DNA of 64,000 nucleotides from Eledone cirrhosa (lineage: Eukaryota): the NCBI GenBank assembly GCA_964016885.1, contig OZ024743.1, forward strand, positions 46,500,001 through 46,564,000, read 5' to 3'. Both the position numbers and the translations under genes were made by a program. This document shows positions 48,231-62,189 of the stretch, piece by piece (positions within the stretch are counted from its first letter, which is position 1; every line of letters starts with the position of its first letter). The notes beneath the pieces are model-generated. The model made no database searches, was not told the DNA's origin, and saw only the letters and a list, made by a program, of their open reading frames with translations.

Positions 48231-51200
48231 CATTTGAAAATTAAAATTTATTTTAGGATAATATTAATCCTGGTTGTAATTTAAACAAAGACTTCATACT
48301 GTCATTTATTCAGAGCAAAGTAACAATAGCTTCAAAAAAGAAGCTTAAATATATTTAACAATATAATTTAATATTAGAACAAACAAAAACAAACTATAAT
48401 TTATATTTCATTGAATTTACTTTTATTTTGAAATAAATATTTTTCAAAACTTTCCATATAATTATGAGTGATATTAATACTGAATTTATTTAATTAATAC
48501 ATTAATGTCCAACAAATATGAGGACGAAGCACCCTCCCCCCCACCCCCATCAAAACAAAAAAAAACAAAAACAGGACTGATTAAATAATTAAAGAAAGTT
48601 TCATAATTTCCAATTAGTGAAGAAGATATTCTATTTTATCCTAGCTGGCTATTTACCCCCACCCTCAATATTGTGTCTATGCGCCGACAGTTAAAAAGGA
48701 ATTGCGCAATTTCCAATTGTTTCATATACAACTGTATTATTCTAATTATTTCTTTAGTATTTCTATAATAATGAAACTAGATTATTAAAACTATAATACT
48801 ATAATTAATTAGTGCTGCATTAAAACAACCGAAATTACTCAAATTGTAGAGCACCTTAATTTTTTTGTTTACTGGTCTCTCTATACATGGTTTATATACA
48901 AATTAACATGAACCGTATTATACAGAATTCATTATAAAGACATGTATATTTAAACATCTTTGGCTGTAAAAACTTTAAACATTTCCTCCCATATTTTCAC
49001 ATTAAATAAAGATAATTTTAAATGATTATATTAAAGATTTTTTTCTATCGGAATTGAAATTTCTAAATGAAATAACCTAAACAAGGGACATAATTCTGGA
49101 GTTCCTTTAATTGTTTCAATAATTATGATAAATTCAGCTCCGTACTAAATATTGAAAGTTATTAGAAATTAAGCTTTGTTGCATATTATTTGTGAAATTA
49201 TGTCTTTAAATATATATATATTTTGCATTAATTAAAATATAAACTTTGCTGACGAGAAAAAGTAATTCTTTGGAGAAAAGTTCGTATTGGAAACATGAAA
49301 TATATTGAAATGTATCTTTAATCAATATCTATTTCGCTAGTTATAAAAACCATGTATTAAAATTATAATTATACAATTACTAGAATTAGCTGCTTGTTTA
49401 ATAAGTTTCTTATAAAAACATACTTACTTTGATTAGAGTTCCACTGTGAAAGAAAGATATAGTGATTTGTCAGTTAAGCAGATCATGTAAGTTGTGTACT
49501 AATATCCGAAACTAGAGCAACATATTAAGTTTGTTTGTAGAAAAATATAGTTAACTACATAAAATGTCATTGTAGAGGTCAAGTGTAATGTTTAACTTTT
49601 ACTTTAAAAGTTTTCTAGTATTAACAATCAGCCGGATGTAGACCAAAGAACTATATTTTGCCGCGTAGGATTCTGAAGCAACGTTCTAATTAATGATTTT
49701 CTTGGTCTATTTATGTGGCGGTGATGCGTCTTAATGTTGTATTTGCTCGTTCAATGTTGACTGGAGATTTTACTTTCACGGATTTTAGACAATTTTTACT
49801 GCAACTACTCCTATACAACGTAACGAATATTATTTACAAGAATAACAATATTACAACCTAAAAATCAATTCTGTTAAAACGTTTGATGAATAATTAAATG
49901 ATCACTGGATATTTTATATTTGTAATGAACCCCACAATAATAGTTGGTGAGTAGTTTTTTTTTTCGTTTTTGGGTCATGCTTACATTAATATATATGTAT
50001 ATAATATATTTATATATAATTTCTTTAGATATAAGAAAATATTAACTGTTATTCCTTCGTTGCAATTTTATGTTTTAAATGTTTTCCTTCGATTTCCATA
50101 TTTTAAACATGTAGATTTATAATAAAATTAAATCAAATCGTGATAGTATTGATATCGTACCTTAATTAGTAGATAACCTGATTAACTCTAGAAATCAAAT
50201 ATATCTTATAGTAACATTGTAGTTTAAATAAAATATAATGCAATTTATTTAATCTTTTCAGTAAACCGAAATCTATCTGGAACAGAGAACTTGTCGATTC
50301 CTGCGAAAGCGAGTAATATTATATACATTTGAAATAATTATTATACTAGTTGCTTGTGGAATTATGTATTGTCGACCATTCAGTGATTCTCTACAATTGT
50401 TATCTGGGATCGCCCCCTTTTTACCCATCGTTTAAGTATTTCTGACCTGCCTCATGTCAATGATAAACCGCAACAAGGCCTTTGGCGACTGCTTCTACAG
50501 GACATAGTACTTAATTGGGCTACTTGTGTAGCACCCGGTTAGACTAAATGTCAGGTAAGAAATTTATTCATCTTTTATATATATTTCTACATTTCTAAGC
50601 TATTTTATATTTGAAAATATCACTATTTAAAACTGTCGTCTATTTTTGTTTATGCTGCGTGCGAAAGTCTAATATTTCTCTGCACTTAAAGCCGATCTAT
50701 TTTTCCTACTTTCATATTTGTTCCAGTTTTTATTATTAAAAAAATAATAGAAAATTTAGTGCAGAAATAGAATATATTAGGAAATAATAAATATTTGTGC
50801 AGCCAGTATTTGTAAAGTAATTGATCATAACTGAAGCCGCCCTCCTTTACTATGTTTTATTAACAGTGAAATGAAGCAACCTGTCTTCACCAATTTCACA
50901 TTCAATATGGCTACCATCTGAAATGTTCTCTTCCAAGCAGTCATTCCTTTTTACATTTCAGCTACCATTTATAGCATTTTACTACATTTCACTTGGTTGT
51001 ATTGTGTTGTTGTTAGTTTCACTATAAACAACACTTTAACTGATACATATATATATAATATACACACATATATATTTACTAGTATATATAGCTAGATAAA
51101 GAAGTGATTTAAGTAGTTTTTTTTTCTAATTTCTCTTCTCCATTCTACTGTATTATGTCCCTTACTTTTGCACCGGAATATCAAATCTAGTTGCTCCTGC

Positions 51201-52215
51201 TTATCATCATCACCACTAATATAAGCATCAACTGTTTTTCTTGATTTCATTTAAAACTATTATACAACCTCTATACAGAAATCACGTCCATAACGTATGT
51301 CTACATATTTGTTGTATTGTGTCTGCTTACCACACCTCTCTTCTTACGTGATGCTGGTCAATATATATAGACTTGGGGCCTTGTGGCCAATAACAGAAAT
51401 CATGTATGTAGAGGGCCGCTTTTACTAGTACGGCTAAACATAGATCTTGAAATAGGTAATTAATATCTTGTAGGAGTCAGTAAATTTATTCCTCACACTC
51501 TTATATATATCTATCTCTCTATATCTGCAAGCAGGGAAAAGCGGACGTAAAATGATGATGATATGTGTGTGTATGTATGTGTAAATATGTTAGTAAAAGT
51601 ATGTATAGAAATATATATGTGTATGTGTGTTCGTCTATGCTTGTGTATATATATGACCCGACATAGATTAGGTTTAGGAACTTTAAACCTAATCCTAACT
51701 CGTATATACGTAATAAATCCAGTGAATCGGAGGGCAAGATATTCGTTTTATTTGAAGATATATTTAAGATTTCCCAACAACAAACAAAAAACAAAATAAT
51801 CATTTGTTCATAAAAAGAAAATCAACAAAGTAAAGACCAATATTATTAACCCATTGATTTACTTACGTGTACGTTTGAAAATCTATTAGATTGATTGACG
51901 ATCACTCATCAATCATTCAGTAATGGTGTTTTATTTCTTTATTAGTTCTGAAATAATTAGCGCCTTAGGCACAGATACACACATAAGAGAATGATGCAAT
52001 AAATACCAAACTCGGGTTAATATGATCGACTAAATCCCTTTAAATAAATGCCCCGCCATGGTCACAGCCTACTGACTGAAACCAGTAAAAGAATATGTAT
52101 ATATATATATATATATATCACTGCGCTGCTCTTTGGGTGTCTTCTACTATAGAAGTTGATCAATGCCTTGTGAGTAGAATTTGGTAGACGGAAAGTGCAG
52201 AGGACCATTGTGTAT

Positions 52216-52934
52216 ACATATAATATCTCTATCTCCAGTCACCATAACCTTCCTTTCGTTTAACTTCGGCTTTCGGAAGTGTTTTGGATCTTCATCTCGG
52301 TTCACCCACTGTGCTGGGCTTCATCGGTTGTATATCATCCGCTTTTCATCGCACCTCACAATGTTGTCCAGAAATGGATCGTTTTTGTTGCGCAAAACAA
52401 GCGAAGAACAGTTTTTATATCGGTGATTTTTTTATTTATTTATTTTTTTTTTTAAATTTTTTTTATTTGATTTTTTTTTTTTTTTTTCTGGATTTCGTTC
52501 AATTTGTGTAGTACCCATTTTTGAAGCTTCGTCAACTTTTCCTATTCGGTTTATATGTCCAGAAAGCCTTCAATTCTTCATTATCTATGGCAGAAGGACG
52601 TCCGCGACTTTGATTATCGTCACAACGGAATTTTTGAAATCAACGTTGCACTGTGCCATTAACACTTCGTTGGTGGTTCTAACCGTTTGTGTTGCACTGT
52701 GGCCCAGTTTAAACCCATAGAAATAGTTAATTTTACAAACTTCGCGAAAATCGTGTTTTGACAAATTCGAATATCTGAAAATTGACAAAACATGCAATTT
52801 GGATTGCATAGAAAGATCATACAATAAGCTTTAAAATCAATCATAATTTTCTCCACCTTGCATGAGTTATTCTTAAAAAAATGTCAAAACAATAAAAAAT
52901 ATAAAACCTTCAATAATTTCTGAACAACCTAATA
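52216..52934 (-). mobile_element. mariner (Tc1/mariner) relic
   Basis: TIR TATTAGGTTG at 52934; YGFKLGHSATQTVRTTNEV (HTH); NDPFLDNIVRCDEK-like first catalytic motif; KPKL..RKVMV. Confidence 0.8.
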
Positions 52935-53017
52935 AATATATTGATTGATGATCAGTAATAAAAAAAGTAATGGAGATTTATTTCTTAATTAGTTCTAGAA
53001 TAATTAACGTTTTAGGT

Positions 53018-53054
<37 letters not shown>

Positions 53055-53100
53055 CGTATCGGTTCGAGAAAACGAGAATAATACAATAAACACCAAACCT

Positions 53101-53113
53101 GTATATATCTATG

Positions 53114-53153
<40 letters not shown>

Positions 53154-53345
53154 CTGGGTTCGGTATATATATACTGGGTTTGGTATATACATATATATAT
53201 ATATATATATACTGGGATTGGTATATATATATATATATATATACTGGGTTTGGTATATATATATATATATATACTGGGTTTGGTATATATATATATATAT
53301 ATATACTGGGTTTGATGTATATATATATATATATATACTGGGTTT

Positions 53346-53382
<37 letters not shown>

Positions 53383-53389
53383 TGGGTTT

Positions 53390-53432
<43 letters not shown>

Positions 53433-53439
53433 TGGGTTT

Positions 53440-53472
<33 letters not shown>

Positions 53473-53479
53473 TGGGTTT

Positions 53480-53514
<35 letters not shown>

Positions 53515-53891
53515 TGGGTTTGGTATATATATATATATATATATATATACTGGGTTTGGTATATATATATATATACTGGGTTTGGTGTGTATATATATAT
53601 ATATATATATAGATGGTTATAAGGGGCACAGAGAGTGCTAAAATGTACGTTATTCCGGGTTGAATCGGAGGTAACCACAGTAAGTAAGGTACTCAATACA
53701 TAGCAGAGTATAACAGTTTTAATATAGATGAGATTCTACAGGACTAGAACTGATTCCTGATGATTTCTAATGAATGAAACAGTTCTAGTCCTGTAGAATC
53801 TCATCTATATATATATATATATACTGGGTTTGGTATATATAGATATATATATACTGGGTTTGGTATATATAGATATATATATACTGGGTTT

Positions 53892-53924
<33 letters not shown>

Positions 53925-54068
53925 TGGGTTTGGTATATATATATATATATATATATACTGGGTTTGGCATATATATATATATATATATACTGGGTTTGGC
54001 ATATATATATATATACTGGGTTTGGCATATATATATACTGGGTTTCATATATATATATATACTGGGTT

Positions 54069-54099
<31 letters not shown>

Positions 54100-55080
54100 C
54101 TGGGTTTGATATATATATATATACTGGGTTTGATATATATATATATACTGGGTTTTATATATATATATATATATATATATACTGGGTTTGATATATATAT
54201 ATATATATATACTGGGTTTGATATATATATATATATATATACTGGGTTTGATATATATATATATATATATACTGGGTTTGATATATATATATATATATAT
54301 ATACTGGGTTTGATATATATATATATATATATACTGGGTTTGATATATATATATATATATATACTGGGTTTGATATATATATATATATATACTGGGTTTG
54401 ATATATATATATATATATATATATATACTGGGTTTGATATATATATATATATACTGGGTTTGATATATATATATATATACTGGGTTTGATATATATATAT
54501 ATATATATATACTGGGTTTGATATATATATATATATATACTGGGTTTGATATATATATATATATATATATACTGGGTTTGATATATATATATATATACTG
54601 GGTTTGATATATATATATATATACTGGGTTTGATATATATATATATACTGGGTTTGATATATATATATATATATATATACTGGGTTTGATATATATATAT
54701 ATATACTGGGTTTGATATATATATATATATATATATATACTGGGTTTGATATATATATATATATATATACTGGGTTTGATATATATATATATATATATAC
54801 TGGGTTTGATATATATATATTGGGTTTGATATATATATATATATATATTGGGTTTGATATATATATATATATATATATATTGGGTTTGATATATATATAT
54901 ACATATATTGGGTTTGATATATATATATATATATTGGGTTTGATATATATATATACTGGGTTTGATATATATATATATATATACTGGGTTTGATATATAT
55001 ATATATATATACTGGGTATGATATATATATATATATATATACTGGGTTTGATATATATATATATATATATATACTGGGTT

Positions 55081-55122
<42 letters not shown>

Positions 55123-55125
55123 TGG

Positions 55126-55157
<32 letters not shown>

Positions 55158-55266
55158 CTGGGTTTGATATATATATATATATATACTGGGTTTGATATAT
55201 ATATATACTGGGTTTGATATATATATATACTGGGTTTGATATATATATATATATATATACTGGGTT

Positions 55267-55297
<31 letters not shown>

Positions 55298-55359
55298 CTG
55301 GGTTTGATATATATATATATATACTGGGTTTGGTATATATATATATTATATACTGGGTT

Positions 55360-55415
<56 letters not shown>

Positions 55416-55523
55416 TGGGTTTGATATATATATATATATACTGGGTTTGATATATATATATATACTGGGTTTGATATATATATATATACTGGGTTTGGTA
55501 TATATATATTATATACTGGGTTT

Positions 55524-55562
<39 letters not shown>

Positions 55563-55568
55563 CTGGGT

Positions 55569-55608
<40 letters not shown>

Positions 55609-56125
55609 TTATATACTGGGTTCGATATATATATATATATATATATATATTAATTATATACTGGGTTCGATATATATATATATATATATATATATTAATT
55701 ATATACTGGGTTCGATATATATATATATATATATATATATTAATTATATACTGGGTTCGATATATATATATATATATATATATATTAATTATATACTGGG
55801 TTCCATATATATATATATATATATATATTAATTATATACTGGGTTCCATATATATATATATATTAATTATATACTGGGTTCCATATATATATATATATTA
55901 ATTATATACTGGGTTCGATATATATATATATATATATATATTATATACTGGGTTCAGTATATATATTATATACTGGGTTCGGTATATATATATATTATAT
56001 ACTGGGTGCGGTATATATATACATATATACTGGGTTCGAAATATATATATATACATATATACTGGGTTCGAAATATATATATATACATATATACTGGGTT
56101 CGGTATATATATATATATATATATT
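53101..56125 (+). repeat. Compound satellite: CTGGGTT(T/C)GR-type cores separated by variable (TA)n
   Basis: On the order of 100 cores, all in one orientation; interrupted at 53612-53810. Confidence 0.95.
53752..53800 (+). ncRNA. Minimal type I hammerhead ribozyme (Penelope pseudo-LTR type)
   Basis: Stem I GATTC/GAATC, core CTGATGA (53757-53763), stem II TTC-TAAT-GAA, GAAA (53776-53779), stem III ACAG/CTGT, cleavage triplet GTA (53793-53795). The 10.1-11.1 position is U-U rather than the usual purine-pyrimidine pair. Confidence 0.7.
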
Positions 56126-56158
56126 TATTAAAATAACAGATTAAAGTTAACTTTAATC

Positions 56159-56358
56159 NNNNNNNNNNNNNNNNNNNNNNNNNNNNNNNNNNNNNNNNNN
56201 NNNNNNNNNNNNNNNNNNNNNNNNNNNNNNNNNNNNNNNNNNNNNNNNNNNNNNNNNNNNNNNNNNNNNNNNNNNNNNNNNNNNNNNNNNNNNNNNNNNN
56301 NNNNNNNNNNNNNNNNNNNNNNNNNNNNNNNNNNNNNNNNNNNNNNNNNNNNNNNNNN
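56159..56358. other. Assembly gap (200 N)
   Basis: Run of N just after the satellite. Confidence 1.
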
Positions 56359-57026
56359 TAAATGATAAGCAAAACCCTATATAATTAGGCAGTTGCAGAG
56401 AGTTACATATGGGTGTCTTAAATGGAGGATTTTGATTTATAATCATCTTCCTCATGCAATGTTCACAAATGTTGTGATGCCTTCAACAAAAGTGATATCT
56501 TAAAAGTAGAATATGTTCTCAAGAATCACTCACTTTACCATGAAAAGACTATTTTCCTAAAAATAGATAAGAAAGCAAAGTTTTCTGTCTAGCAACAAAA
56601 TAGAATGGCATTGGCAAGATGTAATCCTATCACAGAAGTCCAATATTTAGCCTACATAACCACCACCTATCACACTAATCCAATATCTCACCTACACAAC
56701 CACCATCTATCACATGCTGGCATGCAATTTAAAATCCTATCTATAATAAAGATTTTAAAAATTATTCACAGAGAAATATATTGTTAATTATGAAATTTAA
56801 AAAAACTGCCAAATTTTTTATTTGCTTCACTGAATCGTTTACATCAAAAGGCAATTTAGAATAACAGAAAAATACAACAAATATGGAAATGACATTAAAA
56901 ATTGACAAATTATAGGATTTAAAAAAAAAATTTAAATTTAAAAAAAATAATAACATCAGTTAATATATAATCCCTATTTTTTATACTAATGGAAAATGAA
57001 ATATACTTTTTAAAGTTATATTTACA

Positions 57027-57076
<50 letters not shown>

Positions 57077-58664
57077 TTCAAAGTTAAGACATTGTGAGAC
57101 ACTACCCAGAGTTTCATGTTGCTATTCCTCATGTACCTGAGGATCAGTAACAAGAAACTTAAACTAGCAAATCACACAGGCTCAGCTTTTAAATATCTAT
57201 TTTTCTACTCTACTATGGTATTGAGTATTTTTCACTGCTTTGAATTTCACCCCAAAGTGATCCCTTAGTTATCCATCTATATATTTCATTTGAAAGTGAA
57301 GATTCATTCCTTTGCTACACAAGGTCTTTTGCTACATGCAATCTCCAGGTAACAGTTGATTCCTCAGTTTGTCACCCCAATGATCACACATAGCAGCAAA
57401 AAAAAAAAAGCCCCAGCAATCGAGTGAATAATCAGCATCAAATGAACAATGAAACTCTACTACTACATGTAGAGAACTTTTTACCCTATTTGTTTACCTA
57501 AATGAACTATTAATAAAAATTCTGTACAAATATAATTCTATTCTTATAAAATGAACTGGCTGCTTTTGTTTTATGAAATATGAGGGTTTTTAATTTCTGT
57601 TTGGCTTCATAAATACATTTTATATCTTCACAACTCCATATACAATAGATCCAAGTTTTAATTTTAGCAACTGGAAGGTTAACATAAGCTTGTACTGTAC
57701 AATAAATATATGAGAAAAAAAGAAAAAAGCTATCAAATAACATTTGAACCCCAATTAGAAAATTGAAATATGATTATTTGATGCTTTATTAATGATTAAT
57801 TATTTTTAGATACATTAAATGAATATAATAGAAAGTTTTAAATCAAACAGTAGATTTAATTTACAAACATATTAACTTGTTTTCAAAAAATGTTGATGTT
57901 ATTTGTTATGTAATTCTTTTTTTCTTTTGAAAATTTCAACTATAAAAGAATGCTGCAAATTTGAAACAAGATATGGATTTATGGTTCATTAATTACTATC
58001 ATTTGAAGACTGGTGGATTCACTTGGCTCTTTATGTTCTGAGTTCAAATCCCCTTCCCTCCCTTCGCTCCAGACCAACATTGCTTTTCATCCTTTCAGTG
58101 TTGATAAAAATATCAGCAAATTGCTAGCCTTGTGCCTAAATTAGAAACCATTAATTACTACCTTTTATATTTACTCTCTTAAGCTTTAAAAAACGGATTG
58201 GGGTGGATACAGAATTAATTAACTTTGTTTTTTAATATAATCTACAAAAGATCATATCACACAGGAGACATATGCTAAAATGTATATTCAAAATATATCA
58301 AAAATATATTTCAATTACTTTCAAAGGCTTTGAACATGTTTCTTATCAGTTTTAGATCTATTTTTTTTTTATTTAGTTAATTTATCAAATCTATTTATTT
58401 TACTCTAAAATGTTGAAATTAAGATCAGATAATATATTTAAGCAATATAAGCACCAATAAGGGATCAAATAGTAACTGTTTTGAATTAAATTTTAAAAGT
58501 CACCAAGTTAGTCTGCCACACAATATAAGAAGTAGTAGTTATTTATATAATGAAATAAAAATCAGATTTTTTAGAAAGATATAACAAAAGACACAAAAGG
58601 TTGAGATTTTCATGTTAAAAGAAAAGCAGTGGGAGGCAAAAGCAGCAGGAAAGGAATATAAATT

Positions 58665-58717
58665 TATATATAGATACATACATATATATGCACACACATA
58701 TACATACACATATATAT

Positions 58718-58748
<31 letters not shown>

Positions 58749-58783
58749 CATATATGTATATACACACACACACACATACATAC

Positions 58784-58814
<31 letters not shown>

Positions 58815-58955
58815 CATACACACACACATGCACATATATATATATTTACACACGCACACACCCATATATACACATATATGTATATACATGTCTATATATA
58901 TGAATATGCATATATGTATATACAATGTGTGTGTGTATATATATATGTATATATA
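58665..58955. repeat. Mixed (TA)n/(CA)n microsatellite
   Basis: Direct inspection. Confidence 0.9.
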
Positions 58956-59844
58956 ATCCCCAAAGCGAGGTTATATTACTACCTCCGTCTTGTGTTCTTG
59001 CTTTCTTCTTGCGCTTTTTAGTCTTTTCCTTTGGAGTAACTTGACCAGGAGAAGCCGGTGTTGGCTCAGAACTCTGCTGACACAGGGGAGGGATACCAAA
59101 GCCTGGAAGAGCAGTGGTGGGTTTTCTCAAGGGAACATTACAAATATCCACACGTAATAGTCTTTTTTTTTAAGCTCATTTAGCTCAGCTCTTGTTAATT
59201 GGATGACGTTTGTTAAATTTTTTTGTAAATTGGAAAAGAACTGATTTCGCTTTCAAATTGTTATAATTTAATAATGGCCTATATTTTATTTTACATGGCA
59301 ATAATCAACAATTCTACAATACACTGAAAAAAAAAATCAAATGATATTTACAGCTCACATAAGTGTAAGTTTAGCAGGCCTTCTACAAGGTTGCATCTCA
59401 TATGAGGCTTCTCAGGTGTTTTACTGACAGGGGCCCCTATCCAATCACGAAAAGCACCGTAAAATTAATGTCTTTATGATCGAACACCCTAATCATTATG
59501 CCATGTTCCTTCAGAACTTCACCTCCTTTTTTATCAAGTTATGATTATTCAAAAAATGAAAATAGAAAAAAACTATGATATATACGATTCTGTTTAGAAA
59601 CTTACTGACTTTTCTATAGTAATGTTTTTTGTAATGAATGCCTAACCAAAGCCACAATAATCACTGGTAACATCAACAAGGTGTTGTGATAAATTATAAA
59701 TATTAAAAACAATTTAAAGCAAGATTAAGTGTAGCACATTTTTAACCCTTTGATACCAAACTGCCTGAACCCAGCTCTGTTTCTTCTATATGAAGCTGTT
59801 TATTTGAAAGTGTTTATTTATATTTGCCTAAAAACCTTTCATTA

Positions 59845-60030
59845 CGGTGGATTGGCAGTATCGGTAGAGGGTCGGATGCCATGCTTTCCAGCATAGTTAC
59901 ATCCCTTTATGATCTGAGTTCAAATCTCGCCGAGGTTGACTTTGCCTTTCATCCTTACGGGGTCGATAAAATAAAGTACCAGTAATGCACTGGGTAATTG
60001 CTGGCCTTGTGCCTAAAGTAGAAACAATTA
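59845..60030 (+). mobile_element. tRNA-derived SINE family 1 nested in a TTAA MITE (59746-60236)
   Basis: Near-identical to the reverse complement of 1854-2037. Confidence 0.85.
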
Positions 60031-62189
60031 TATTTTTATATAAGAATCTTCCGTCGTCATCATCGTTTAACGTCTATCTTCCATGCTATCATGGGTTACA
60101 TTGTATTTGCTTTCAGTGAAACTTAATAATGAAGAAGTTAGTTATATTATTAAATCCCTCCAAATTCTTGATTATTTTTTAAATAATTTGAAAATTATAG
60201 TCAGTGCCTTCCATTAGAAATATGGAAACAAAATGGTTAATAGTTTTCATCATTATCATTTCACATCCACTTTTCTATACTGGCATTGGTTAAATTGGTC
60301 CCTACAAACCAAGTTTTAGTATACTTAATCCTCTTAGATGGGCCATATATCACCTTGGTGAGTTTTCTATGGATGGATGCCCTTACTAATGCCAACCACT
60401 TTACAGTGTGTGCTGGGTGCCACCAGTACTTAAGGAGGTTGATTTATTTATCAATTTTCAATATAAAATTACAAACATGCATAATGTTAAAGTATTGGGA
60501 TGTTCGTCAATTTAAGATATCAAGAAATTATTTCTTGTATTGCAGTCTAAAAATCAACAGAAGATAAACAATAGTGAAATATTAACAATTAGCCAACTTT
60601 TCTACCTTTGATGTTGACAATTCATTAAAATTGTGTTAATGTTTTTCAATATAAAGTTGGAGACATTTAATATCATTTCACTTCACAAAACGTTCTGTCA
60701 TAAGTAAAAATGGTATTGTTAAGTTATGTTCCAATCTTCAGATTAATAAGGAGGAAGTTAATTATTTTCTTAAACCCGCTATAAATTAATTGAAACACAT
60801 AAATAGTGTATTTCATTAGAAGTGTGGTAACGACAGGGTTAAAATAATAAAAATCAATGTCTGCCTCTAGGGGATTTAACCCTTTAGGGACCCATGCACA
60901 GCATTTCATTTAATTAATGGAGTATTTGAAAGGATTGACTAAAACTGGAAGTTTTTAATTTAAAATGAGTGGCTTGTTTCATAGAACCAGAGTTGGTTTT
61001 GGCAGTGGGAAGCTTGGTATAAAAAGGGTTAAATTAAACTTAATATTGAAAACAGTTTAATTCAATGCATTGTGGTTTTGTTTTTTAACAATCTAAGAAA
61101 TATTTCCAACAGTTGAATTAAATATTATCAGCATCATTTTAGATGTTTCTCATGCTGACATGGATTGGACGGTTTATCGTGGTTCAAGACAACACATGGT
61201 CAGACATCATATCTTGCTCATATATTCTATATTTTGACATGGTTTTTACATATTAATAATCAAAAGATTAATTATTGTTAGAGTTTTATTAATTTTAAAA
61301 CTGTTCGTATTGAGAATTGTTGGCCATATTTTCAAATATAATTCCTATTTATTTGATTAAAACATTCATCCAGTTAACAATATGTGCATGCAGGCAGAAA
61401 AAGGGAAACAGCAAGACCTAAATGTAAAATTGAGCTTCAGAAATAATGATACTATAAGCTATAATTATATATATATATATATACAGTGTTTACATTTATA
61501 ATGGTGAAAATTAGAAACGGGGGAAGAAACAACAAAAACAACAGAATCATGCTTAAGATGGATTTCAATGAAAATATATATGGCAATCAAGATCAAAAAG
61601 AATTTTTGAAAGTTTAAATTGTTTTTTAAACTTTTAAAATGAAAAGGGTCAAATCCAGAAAATGAGAAAGTAGTACCAACAACGGTCATAAAATCCAAGA
61701 AAAATTGTAAGTGTCAATAAGTTTAGTTGTGAGACATGAAATAATGTGTCATTTTGGGAGTAAGGTACACTCTGCAAGGAACCTAATCTGAAACCCCACA
61801 TTTATTCCACTATTCAAACAAAACAAATAAATGTTCTTCCACATTAATATGACAAAAATCACTTACACTGAAATTAAGTGTCTTTAAAAATACTCTCGGG
61901 TCTCAAATAAACCCCCTCCCACTATTTATTAATGTTTCAAATAATGTTTTCCATCCCCACCCCGCTCTAATTCCACCTCCACCCCCACCCCCCACTTATA
62001 TGTTGCTAATCTATCTCCGGCAAAATCTTATTTTAAGTGGTAGCATTCCTGTGATGATTATATATATATATATATATATACATGCGTGTGTGTGTGTGTG
62101 TGTGTATACACAAACACAAGGGTGTTCATGGCTGTGTTTTTAAAACTTTCACTTCACAACCACGTGGTTTCGGGTGTCATCCTACCATA

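Noticed and set aside
49428-49443. 16-nt minus-strand microexon with strong splice sites
   Set aside because: In the phase needed to join the 51-nt candidate exon it contains a stop codon; unsupported without RNA data.
53012-55450. Long YI-rich ORFs in the ORF track (also 58539-58956)
   Set aside because: Translations of TA/CA microsatellites.
53101-56125. CRISPR-like look of constant cores with variable spacers
   Set aside because: The spacers are only (TA)n, the cores are ~10 bp, the context is eukaryotic and there are no cas genes.
57137-57175. CTGAGGA...GAAA as another hammerhead near (TA)n
   Set aside because: Stems I-III cannot be formed; at best a very decayed pseudo-LTR.
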